From: a virus
Lineage: Duplodnaviria; Heunggongvirae; Uroviricota; Caudoviricetes
Virus record (IMG/VR): IMGVR_UViG_2724679226_000002
Coordinates: 64,001 to 77,516 of that record
Strand: one strand, 5' to 3'
DNA length: 13,516 nt
The translations under genes were made by a program, and so were the position numbers. The notes beneath the pieces are model-generated. The model searched no databases and had not been told where the DNA came from. It was given only the letters and a program-made list of their open reading frames with translations. This document shows positions 5,729 to 13,516 of the stretch, piece by piece. Position 1 is the first letter of the stretch. Each line of letters opens with the position of its first letter.

Positions 5729-6165
5729 CAAAAGTAAAAAGTACAGCGGAATTACTCAATCGAGTAAAAGAAATATTGCAAGAAATTCCTAGTGTTATTC
5801 CTTATGTTAAGTTTGCTTTCTTGGAAGATCAACTTTTCAAAAAACCAGTTAGCAACTCTATTCTTATAGAACCGTTGGGAGAGTCTATCTCTCCTAACGG
5901 TATCTCCTTAGCTCATCCTTTGAAAGAAACAAAAGGATTTATCATTCATTACTTATTTAAGTCGATGACACCTGATTTGCATATGATTCCTTTTGTAGAA
6001 AAAAAAGATGAGATTATTAATAAGTTGCTAGACGAAAGAATGATTGGGATAGAAGGATTGTTTCTTAATTATTCAATACAAACAGAACATTATAAATTCA
6101 CTACTGATGAGGTTGGAGAAGAAATTTGGGTAGTGAAGATAATATTTCGAGGACAATACAGGTAA
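5725..6165 (+). CDS. Probable tail completion/terminator protein
   Basis: 146 aa, ATGA-coupled to the adaptor gene and directly before the tail tube; synteny-based call. Confidence 0.5.
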   Translation: MTKVKSTAELLNRVKEILQEIPSVIPYVKFAFLEDQLFKKPVSNSILIEPLGESISPNGISLAHPLKETKGFIIHYLFKSMTPDLHMIPFVEKKDEIINKLLDERMIGIEGLFLNYSIQTEHYKFTTDEVGEEIWVVKIIFRGQYR

Positions 6166-6179
6166 AGGAGGGAAAAAGA

Positions 6180-7142
6180 GTGATTAAATTATTGATTGGT
6201 GTTCAGGATAATGCGAAAACAAAAGCAAACACTTTAAAAGCTTATTCAGCTACAGAAGTGGATTTGAATCCGGATTTTAATAGAGTGCAATCAGAAGCAT
6301 TTACAGATTCTGCTTATAGAGAAAAAGGATATGTATCTGAAAGAAAAGCTAGTGGAAGCTTTACCTTAGAAGTAACACCAGAAACATTAAAAGATTTATT
6401 ACCAGCTTTCGGGTATAGTCTTTCTGAAGTTCCCGGATTGTCACCTAGTGGAGAAATTACTTTTGATGGAATAGAAAAAATAACACATAAGGGAATTGCG
6501 AATGAAGGTGGAAAAATTGATAAGTTCTTCACAATCGTGGAACAAGATTTGGAATTTCAAGAAGAAAACATTATCACAGGAGCTCAATTTAATAGTGTAG
6601 AGTTGAACTTTAGTAAAGGATCTTATGTCACTATGAAAGTTGATGTGATTGGATATAAATTTGAATACAAAAATAGCAAAAGTGAAACTGGAGAAAATGT
6701 ATCTGACATTGATAATGTAATTACTTGTAACGGAATTCATCTATCTTTAGATGATAAAGATATTTCTGCAAATGCTCAATCTATAGTTGTTACGATTAAC
6801 AACAACTTAGAAGCTAGATTTGGATTGGGAAGTCCGGATGCAACTGAAATTAGAAGAACAAATTTCATTGAAGCAAAAGCAAATTTGACATTTGTTGGGT
6901 ATGAAAAAGAAAAATACAAGACTGCATATGAAAGATTAGTTGAAGGAAAAACAGGAAAGGCAAATATTAAATTGCTTGGAACTGAGAAAACGTCATTTGG
7001 AGTACAACTTCATAAAATTGGAGTATCTAGTGTACAAAAAACTGATAAAAAATCAGGAGCAGGAATGACACAAGAACTGGAAATTTTTAATGATAGAAGC
7101 AAAAAAACTCCAATTACATTTGTATTTGGAACTGTAAATTAA
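6180..7142 (+). CDS. Tail tube (major tail) protein, 320 aa
   Basis: GTG 6180 follows SD GGAGGG (preferred over track start 6126); beta-rich (ASGSFTLEV, SIVVTINNNLE, AKANLTF); precedes the G/GT chaperone and tape measure genes. Confidence 0.75.
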   Translation: MIKLLIGVQDNAKTKANTLKAYSATEVDLNPDFNRVQSEAFTDSAYREKGYVSERKASGSFTLEVTPETLKDLLPAFGYSLSEVPGLSPSGEITFDGIEKITHKGIANEGGKIDKFFTIVEQDLEFQEENIITGAQFNSVELNFSKGSYVTMKVDVIGYKFEYKNSKSETGENVSDIDNVITCNGIHLSLDDKDISANAQSIVVTINNNLEARFGLGSPDATEIRRTNFIEAKANLTFVGYEKEKYKTAYERLVEGKTGKANIKLLGTEKTSFGVQLHKIGVSSVQKTDKKSGAGMTQELEIFNDRSKKTPITFVFGTVN

Positions 7143-7159
7143 GAAAAGGAGAATAGAGT

Positions 7160-7549
7160 ATGCAAAAAATTTTAAAAGTCGGGACAGAAGAAAATTATGT
7201 GGAATACAAAGAACGCTTAAGTTTTATTGAACGACATAATTATAAAGAAAAAATTAAGCCAAAAAGCTTAAAAATGAATAGGAAAAAAGAAGATTTTACA
7301 TTGAATGTGGAAGAAAATAAATTTGAAAATTCTCCAGAATTTATGTTACTTCAAGCACAAATTACAAAAATTGTAGAAGAAGGAGAAGTTATTTTTGATT
7401 ATGAAGACGGAAAAAGAAAAATTTCTGCTCAAACATTTAATAAAATCTTTGAAAATGCTGACAACTTAGATGAAGTATTATCTAACGTTTTAAAAGCGAA
7501 TAAGTTGTCTGTAAAAGAAGAAGAGGAGGAAGAGGAAAAAAACGACTAG
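7160..7549 (+). CDS. Tail assembly chaperone gpG
   Basis: 129 aa between tube and tape measure genes, ending in the slippery heptamer A AAA AAC. Confidence 0.8.
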   Translation: MQKILKVGTEENYVEYKERLSFIERHNYKEKIKPKSLKMNRKKEDFTLNVEENKFENSPEFMLLQAQITKIVEEGEVIFDYEDGKRKISAQTFNKIFENADNLDEVLSNVLKANKLSVKEEEEEEEKND

Positions 7550-7815
7550 ATGTTCTTATTCAAGCAGCGGAACATTACTACCATAACCGGAAAACTTCTC
7601 CACAAGCAGAAAATTATGATGAAATTATGGAAATGAAAGAAAAAATACGCTTTTATATTCGTTATCTAGGAAGAGATTCTTTTACCGGGTTTTATGAATT
7701 AAGGTTTCTTCCTGACGGAGAAAGTGTTGGATATAATCATCACGATTGGGAAGATATTTGGTATTTAGAGAATGTGAAGAATGCTTTGAATGAGATCATA
7801 TCCCAAAAGCAATAG
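7160..7815 (+). CDS. Tail assembly chaperone gpGT via programmed -1 frameshift (about 218 aa)
   Basis: A AAA AAC at 7537-7543; the -1 frame is open from there (RLDVLIQAAEHYYH...LPDGESVG...) to TAG 7815 and contains the 7627-7815 track ORF. Confidence 0.8.
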
Positions 7816-7841
7816 AGGAAGATAAAACTTCCTCTTTTTTT
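7814..7841 (+). terminator. Terminator-like hairpin between gpGT and tape measure genes
   Basis: AGAGGAAG (7814-7821) / ATAAAA / CTTCCTCT (7828-7835), followed by T6 (7836-7841). Confidence 0.65.
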
Positions 7842-7860
7842 AGAAAAAGGAGGTGGAACA

Positions 7861-10800
7861 ATGATAGATAACAATATGACAATGACGGTGTCTTTGAATG
7901 ATGAAGCTAGTCCAGAGTTTAAAAAAATGGCAAATAGATTTGGTATGTCAACAAATAAATTTAAGAAATATCTAAAGGATATGATGGCGAAAGCGAAAGA
8001 AATGGAAAGAGAAATCAATAAACTTGATTTTAAAAAGCTACAGGAAAATATCAAAACTTTACGTCAAGAAGCACAAACTCAATTAGCAGAAATGAAAAAA
8101 TCTTTAGAAAGTTTAAAAGCAAAGTCTAAAGATGTTTTTTTGTCAATTGAAAAATGGACAACAAGAGCTGTTACTGCTATCGTTGCTTATACTACCATTG
8201 CAGGCAAACAATTCGCAGATTTAGAATCGAACATAAAAAAAGTAGAAACAATTTCAGATGATAGTTTTAAAAAGATTTCGAAAGAAGTTCGTAATATGGC
8301 TATGGCTTCAGGAACTTCTTCAAAAGAGTTAGCTGGAGCTCTATATGAGATTGTATCTGCTGTTGGAGATGTTCCTGAAAAATATAAAATTTTAGAATAT
8401 TCAAATAAATTAGCAATTGCAGGATTTACAGATACCACTACTGCTGTTGACGTTTTAACAACAATCTTAAATGGATATGGAATGGAAATGTCAGAAGTAA
8501 ATAGAGTATCTGATATTCTAATTCAAACACAAAATAAAGGGAAAATTGTTGTATCCGAATTAGCACAATACATGGGACCTATCATATCTACTGCTAAACT
8601 TGCGAAAGTATCTTTAGAAGAATTAGCAGGAGCTATGGCGACTATGACTGCAAATGGAGTAAAAGCTCCAGAAGCAAGTACATATTTAAAAAATATGATG
8701 AATGAGCTAATTAAAACAGGAACAGACGCAGATAAGGCATTTAAGAAAATATATGGAAAATCTTTCTTGCAATTTAAAGAGCAAGGTGGAACACTGCAAG
8801 AAGCGTTAATTTCTTTGAATGAAAGTGCTAAAAAAAGCGGAATGACTTTGATTGATGTTTTCTCAAGCATTCGTTCTTCGTCCGGAGCGTTGGTATTAGC
8901 AAACAATATGGATAAATTCATAGATAGTCTAAAAGCTATGGAAAATGCTAGTGGAACAACAGATAAAGCTTTTCAAAAAATGATGAATACTTTTACTCAA
9001 AAATTCAAACAAGTAAAGGAAATTTTAAAAGAATTTGGATTAAGAATATTTGAAACGATTGCTCCACAAATCGATAAACTGATGGAAAAAATAAAAAGTA
9101 TTGATGTTGACAAAGTGTTTTCACAAGAAAATATTGATAAAGTTGTAAGTTTTGGAAAAGCAATTGTGACTTTAGGAATTGCTTTGAAAGGTCTTAAATT
9201 TGCAAATGGATTTTTAGAGGGATTAAGAATTTTAACTGGTGCAGAAGTAAAAAAAGATATGTTAAGCGTACTTAAAAATGGCTTAGGAGCAACTAGAAAT
9301 AACATAAAAGCTCAAGGATTAAGCGTGATGTCTTATTTTGCTAAAAAAACTCCAGAACAAATGCAATTACCTGGAATGGGAACATCCGGAACAAAAACTT
9401 CTATGTTTGCAGGATTGTTAACTTCATTTCAAGGGATGATTGGAAAATTCAAATCATTATTTGCTGGAGGATTTACTGCTGCCCTTAAAAGTTTAGGCGG
9501 TGTTATTGGGCGAATCATTCCTTATATTTTAGGTTCTGTAAAAGTATTTGTAGCTTTATTAGGAAAACTAGCTTTAATTGGTGCAGTTGTGGGAGCAGTT
9601 ATATTAGCTTTAAAACTACTTTGGGATATTCTTTCTAAGAATAAAAATGTGACTCAAGTGTGGGGAAAAGTCTTAACAAATCTAAAAGAATTCATTTCTA
9701 ATATCATCTATGTTGGAAAGCAGCTATACACATTTCTATTAAATACTTTCACCGGAGATGGTGTATTCGGAATGGTTGGAAAAGCTATAGGTAGTGTAGC
9801 AAGTGCAATAGGAAGTTTTGTCAACTGGATTATAGAAGCAGCAAATAAGTTATTAAGAAAAATAGGAAAAGAGATTGAAGCTGTAAACCTTGATTATCAG
9901 AATAAACAACAAAATGGAGCAAGTATAGAATATTGGGAGCAACAACAAGCTGCATTGAATCCTATAGTTGCTAAAGGGAAAGATAAAAATGTAGTTCCTA
10001 CTGAAGGAAATGTTGCAGATTTAGCAAATTCTGCCGAAGATGTTGCTAAGAAATTCCGAGAGGGATTTGAAAAGTTAATGTCTGAAATTGGAGCTAACAT
10101 TACAAAAGAATTTACAAATGAAGAAAAGCTAGCAGAATTGGAAAAAGCAAAAGGTAAATATGGAAAATATATTGATGAAATCAATCGAGCAATCAATAAT
10201 GTCAAGTTAGACATTCTAGCAGATAAAATTTCATATCTTTCTAAGGGAATTAACATTGAGTCTATGGCAAAGTCATTTGAACAAAAAAAGAAAGATTTAG
10301 AACAAATGATAGAAGCTCAAAAAGAAATAATCGAACGCAAGAAAATAAAAGGAATTGACGAGTATGCTTTAAAAGAATTGGAAGACCAATTGAAAAATAT
10401 GGAATATACACTTCGTAAATTACCACTTGATGAGCAAAAAGAAAAACTACAAGAATTTGCAGAAGCAATTGAAAAAATGCCAATTGATGAACAAATTTCT
10501 CGTTATAACGCTTTAATTCCAGCTATTGAAGGACAAATTGCAATAGTAGAGAAAATGGTAAATGATGGTTTATTAGACGAAAAATTCTTGAAAGATTACA
10601 AAAAGTATTTAGATGAAATTAAGAAAAAACAACAAGATGTAATGGCACAAGGTTTGACGACTTGGCAAAAATGGGGACAAGGAATTCAATTGCTTGCAAA
10701 TACATTCTCTCAATTAGGAAGTGCAACAGGAAGCAAGACAATGAGCGGTATTGGAAATGTTCTTGGGAATGTTTTTAGTATCGGAAGTGCTTTGAAAAAT

Positions 10801-12552
10801 TGGGGTGGAATGTCTTCTATTACCGGAATGTTTAGTGGAGCTTCTGGTGCTTTCACCGCAGGAATGACTTCATTAGGGGCAATAGCTGGAGCGGTTACTG
10901 GTGGAATTGCTCTAGTAGGAACAATAGGCTCTCTATTCGGAAGAAGCGGAAAGAAAAAAGCCGCAGCAATTGACGCAAGAAATAAAGAAAATGAAGAAGC
11001 ATATAAGAAGCAGATTTCCGCATTACAGCAATTAACGCAAGCTATTCAACAAAACTCCGAAAGAATTAAAAGCTTTGCAGATAGAATGTTGACAGATATT
11101 GCGAAAAATCCAACTATCAAAATGATTTTCGGAGGAGAAAGCAACTTTGATTTGTTACATCATTCTATGATAGCGGGAAAACATTTTGCGGATATTACTG
11201 CTATAGAAAAAGGTTCTAAAAGATACCGTTCAGGTTTTAGAAAGAAAAGTAAATCCACATATACCAAAGTAGATATTGGAGAATCCGAGTTATTAAGATA
11301 CTTAGGGTTTAGTAAGTCAGAATTGGATGCGTTTACAGATGGTGAAATGAAGCAATTGGATAGCGTGTTGCATAACGTTAATCACGAAACATTACGAAGA
11401 GCAACCGGAAGAAACTTAACAGAATCTTCTATTGAAGAATGGAAGAAACAGGTACATGAGTTTGTAGAGCAGATTAAATACTTGGAAAAAGAAAAGGCGG
11501 ATCTGTTCAAAGGTTCTACACTAGAAAGCTTTACAGGCGTGGAATATAAGACAGAAAAAGAATTGATTAAGGAATACACAGAGCAATTCAAACAAATGGG
11601 ATTAGTTGGAGAGCAATACAACGAAACCATTAAAGAAATGGCGAAAAATAACCAAGTGTTAATTACTTCTATGTTGGACGTGCGAAATAGCACGATAGAG
11701 GGATTTGCAAGTGGAAATGGTGGATTCTTAAGTTCTATGAAGTCTTACTTTGAAAAGATATTTAAAAACGCTTCTAGCGTGGCATATGATGTGGTATTTA
11801 GTGATTTAGACAACTACTTAACACGAGCTTTTGAGAAAATATCAAATAAGCTCGTGGACATTAAGAAGAACGGGAAGCTTGATTTCAAAGGGTTGTTTAG
11901 TGACTTTGATTTTGAGAAGTTGAAGAACCTAGACATTATGGAAAAGCAAGTAAAACAATCTTTAGATGTCATAAAAAAAGAGCTGTTAAGCAATGGAATA
12001 GATTTATCCTTAATCAACAAAATGCTTCCGTGGAGTGATTTTAACGATAGGATAAACGACTTAAAGAACGCTTTATCGAGTGCTATGAACGCAGGATTGG
12101 AAGAACATAAGTTCTCTAGTTTCACAAAAGCATTGGGACAATCTCTATATGATAGCGTGAAAAATTCTTTGGTTAAGGCATTCAGTGAAAGTGCTTTGTA
12201 TCAAGGAATGATAGAAAAATTCATCCGGGCGGAAAATTTCCAAGCACAATTGGAAAAAGCAGGAAATTTCAAAGATGTCTTAGGAATAGCGGATGGAATT
12301 ATGAAGAAGTTCAGCTATGAATTAGAGGCAGCGGGATTTGGTGGATTTGACGCAATCAACAATATCAGAAGAGAGGAAGATACACAGCTGGGAAATGCTT
12401 ATTACACAGATAAGGCGGCAAATGTGAATATGACGTTCAATATCACTCACAACGGAGATGTATATGGCATTGAAGATTTGAATGGGAAAATTAGAAGAAT
12501 GTGGACAGAATGTTGGGAGGAACAAAGAAAAAAACCAAATGGAAGTAACTAG
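7861..12552 (+). CDS. Tail tape measure protein (TP901-type core)
   Basis: 1563 aa helical protein after G/GT; core motifs VSDILIQTQNKGKIVVSELA, VSLEELAGAMATMTANGVKAPEASTYLKNMM; Gly/Ala-rich hydrophobic stretches. Confidence 0.95.
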   Translation: MIDNNMTMTVSLNDEASPEFKKMANRFGMSTNKFKKYLKDMMAKAKEMEREINKLDFKKLQENIKTLRQEAQTQLAEMKKSLESLKAKSKDVFLSIEKWTTRAVTAIVAYTTIAGKQFADLESNIKKVETISDDSFKKISKEVRNMAMASGTSSKELAGALYEIVSAVGDVPEKYKILEYSNKLAIAGFTDTTTAVDVLTTILNGYGMEMSEVNRVSDILIQTQNKGKIVVSELAQYMGPIISTAKLAKVSLEELAGAMATMTANGVKAPEASTYLKNMMNELIKTGTDADKAFKKIYGKSFLQFKEQGGTLQEALISLNESAKKSGMTLIDVFSSIRSSSGALVLANNMDKFIDSLKAMENASGTTDKAFQKMMNTFTQKFKQVKEILKEFGLRIFETIAPQIDKLMEKIKSIDVDKVFSQENIDKVVSFGKAIVTLGIALKGLKFANGFLEGLRILTGAEVKKDMLSVLKNGLGATRNNIKAQGLSVMSYFAKKTPEQMQLPGMGTSGTKTSMFAGLLTSFQGMIGKFKSLFAGGFTAALKSLGGVIGRIIPYILGSVKVFVALLGKLALIGAVVGAVILALKLLWDILSKNKNVTQVWGKVLTNLKEFISNIIYVGKQLYTFLLNTFTGDGVFGMVGKAIGSVASAIGSFVNWIIEAANKLLRKIGKEIEAVNLDYQNKQQNGASIEYWEQQQAALNPIVAKGKDKNVVPTEGNVADLANSAEDVAKKFREGFEKLMSEIGANITKEFTNEEKLAELEKAKGKYGKYIDEINRAINNVKLDILADKISYLSKGINIESMAKSFEQKKKDLEQMIEAQKEIIERKKIKGIDEYALKELEDQLKNMEYTLRKLPLDEQKEKLQEFAEAIEKMPIDEQISRYNALIPAIEGQIAIVEKMVNDGLLDEKFLKDYKKYLDEIKKKQQDVMAQGLTTWQKWGQGIQLLANTFSQLGSATGSKTMSGIGNVLGNVFSIGSALKNWGGMSSITGMFSGASGAFTAGMTSLGAIAGAVTGGIALVGTIGSLFGRSGKKKAAAIDARNKENEEAYKKQISALQQLTQAIQQNSERIKSFADRMLTDIAKNPTIKMIFGGESNFDLLHHSMIAGKHFADITAIEKGSKRYRSGFRKKSKSTYTKVDIGESELLRYLGFSKSELDAFTDGEMKQLDSVLHNVNHETLRRATGRNLTESSIEEWKKQVHEFVEQIKYLEKEKADLFKGSTLESFTGVEYKTEKELIKEYTEQFKQMGLVGEQYNETIKEMAKNNQVLITSMLDVRNSTIEGFASGNGGFLSSMKSYFEKIFKNASSVAYDVVFSDLDNYLTRAFEKISNKLVDIKKNGKLDFKGLFSDFDFEKLKNLDIMEKQVKQSLDVIKKELLSNGIDLSLINKMLPWSDFNDRINDLKNALSSAMNAGLEEHKFSSFTKALGQSLYDSVKNSLVKAFSESALYQGMIEKFIRAENFQAQLEKAGNFKDVLGIADGIMKKFSYELEAAGFGGFDAINNIRREEDTQLGNAYYTDKAANVNMTFNITHNGDVYGIEDLNGKIRRMWTECWEEQRKKPNGSN

Positions 12553-12571
12553 GGAGAGGGGTTCCTCTCCC
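12552..12571. other. GC-rich stem-loop at the tape measure stop codon
   Basis: GGGAGAGG / GGTT / CCTCTCCC, perfect 8-bp stem, no U-tract on either strand. Confidence 0.6.
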
Positions 12572-12587
12572 GGATAGGAGGAAGAAA

Positions 12588-12740
12588 ATGGGAGGTCAAC
12601 AAGTTATAGAGATGTTACTGTTTATATTCTTTGGAAATAAATTATGCAAACAATTTAATATTAACATCTCCATTGATTTATTAGCTTTTGGATATTATTT
12701 TCTACTTCTATTTTCATGGGCAATAAAAGAATTTATATAG
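12588..12740 (+). CDS. Small hydrophobic membrane protein (50 aa), not in the ORF track
   Basis: SD GGAGGA; MGGQQVIEMLLFIFFGNKLCKQFNINISIDLLAFGYYFLLLFSWAIKEFI with two hydrophobic segments; its stop abuts the next SD. Confidence 0.65.
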   Translation: MGGQQVIEMLLFIFFGNKLCKQFNINISIDLLAFGYYFLLLFSWAIKEFI

Positions 12741-12749
12741 GAGGTAAAC

Positions 12750-13235
12750 ATGGAGAAGAAAACAATTGTAACAAGAATTTCATATAAAGATAACGCCGGA
12801 GAAATAAAAACTTTGATTTTATCAAGAAATGAAATAATGGAAGTTAACGAAAAGTGTTTGACTAATATGGTTTTAAGTAAAGAAGAACTGGAAGAATTGG
12901 AAAAGGCTTTTGGAAAAGAAATTGGAGCTATATTTTGTTATGTAGAAAATTCGGGATACGTTCAAAATAAAGTTGAACATGATACAAAAATCAAAAATTC
13001 CTGTTGTACTGATAAAAAAATAAGCTCAGAAATGGAAGAATTCTTATTAGAAATAGAAGCATTTAAGAAGAAAATGCAAGAATTGGAGTTTACATACAAA
13101 GAAGTTGCAGAACTGACAAAAGAGTTCGTAAAAGCAAGAGTGGTAGAATTGCCGAAGTACTGTAGCTTTAAAGTTTATTCTTGTAACAAGGATAAATCTA
13201 AATTTTTAAATGCTTCTAATGCACATATCACATAA
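12750..13235 (+). CDS. Hypothetical protein (161 aa)
   Basis: SD GGAGG before ATG 12750; no family recognised. Confidence 0.7.
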   Translation: MEKKTIVTRISYKDNAGEIKTLILSRNEIMEVNEKCLTNMVLSKEELEELEKAFGKEIGAIFCYVENSGYVQNKVEHDTKIKNSCCTDKKISSEMEEFLLEIEAFKKKMQELEFTYKEVAELTKEFVKARVVELPKYCSFKVYSCNKDKSKFLNASNAHIT

Positions 13236-13432
13236 TCATTATTCATGGTTAAGTTTGAAACATAACGAAAACCGACAGAAATAGGATACTGATATGCAGT
13301 TACGAAAATTTCAGTTTTTATTCCGTGATCTGTTTCTGTTGTTTTAAGTAATGGAGCTTTATTGTATTTTTTTAAAAAATTTTTAATTGTTTTATTCAAC
13401 AGTTCTTGATTTTCCAAAGAATTATCATCCAT
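13175..13432 (-). CDS. Hypothetical protein (85 aa), minus strand
   Basis: Minus-strand SD AAAGGAG before ATG at 13432 (MDDNSLENQELL...), preferred over track start 13492; the only minus-strand ORF with a clear SD. Confidence 0.65.
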   Translation of the reverse strand: MDDNSLENQELLNKTIKNFLKKYNKAPLLKTTETDHGIKTEIFVTAYQYPISVGFRYVSNLTMNNDYVICALEAFKNLDLSLLQE

Positions 13433-13505
13433 ATAGTTCTCCTTTCGTACTTCGGCAATACTATATATAACTTTTTTGAGGGAGAAAATCAAGATAGGAG
13501 GAAAT

Positions 13506-13516
13506 ATGCAACTATC
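13506..13516 (+). CDS. Start of a downstream gene (MQL..., partial)
   Basis: SD GGAGGA followed by ATG at 13506; truncated by the window end. Confidence 0.55.

Larger units (their letters stand above)
1..13516 (+). mobile_element. Phage/prophage segment (head-tail morphogenesis module flanked by accessory genes)
   Basis: Contiguous scaffold-capsid-adaptor-tube-chaperone-tape measure gene order with SD sites and overlapping start/stop codons; element boundaries are not in the window. Confidence 0.95.

Noticed and set aside
6126-6179. Longer starts given by the ORF track (6126, also 612, 790, 1287, 13492)
   Set aside because: Each overlaps a neighbouring gene or its own SD; downstream starts have properly spaced SD sequences.
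94-12525. Many minus-strand track ORFs (for example 897-1109, 3469-3684, 4476-4688, 8523-8921, 9897-10256, 11814-12125)
   Set aside because: They lie opposite well-supported plus-strand genes, are Ser/Phe/Leu-rich as expected for antisense shadows of AT-rich coding DNA, and I saw no convincing SD for them.
11200-12552. Impression of more CG-containing codons in the 3' part of the tape measure gene (possible mosaic)
   Set aside because: Spot counts of GC content were similar in both halves; needs a proper codon-usage scan or alignment.
1-13516. CRISPR array, tRNA/rRNA, IS element, att site, or DGR template/variable repeat pair
   Set aside because: No regularly spaced repeats, cloverleaf, transposase, integrase or reverse transcriptase, and no long adenine-mismatched repeat pair seen by eye.

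Overview
AT-rich (roughly 30% GC by eye) bacteriophage/prophage segment; composition suggests a low-GC host such as Fusobacteriota or Firmicutes, but this cannot be established from the sequence. From 2977 to 12552 is a co-oriented siphovirus-type morphogenesis block: protease/scaffold with an internal start, an unannotated 33-aa membrane peptide, decoration protein, major capsid, head-tail adaptor, tail completion protein, tail tube, tail chaperone G/GT with a -1 frameshift, and a 1563-aa tape measure protein. No portal, terminase, sheath, baseplate, integrase or transposase is visible in the window. Upstream are the 3' end of hicA plus hicB, and then a terminator-bounded accessory operon (557-2835). 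That operon has a near-consensus sigma70 promoter overlapped by an inverted repeat, three orphan genes (one small and acidic), a putative ~65-nt antisense sRNA, a small ribbon-helix-helix (RHH) regulator and a further orphan. Its position directly before the protease/scaffold gene matches the anti-CRISPR (acr-aca) locus of D3112/JBD30-like phages, so it is the best candidate for a new anti-defence system with both protein and RNA control. A second small accessory island follows the tape measure gene. All product calls rest on motif recognition and synteny, not database searches.
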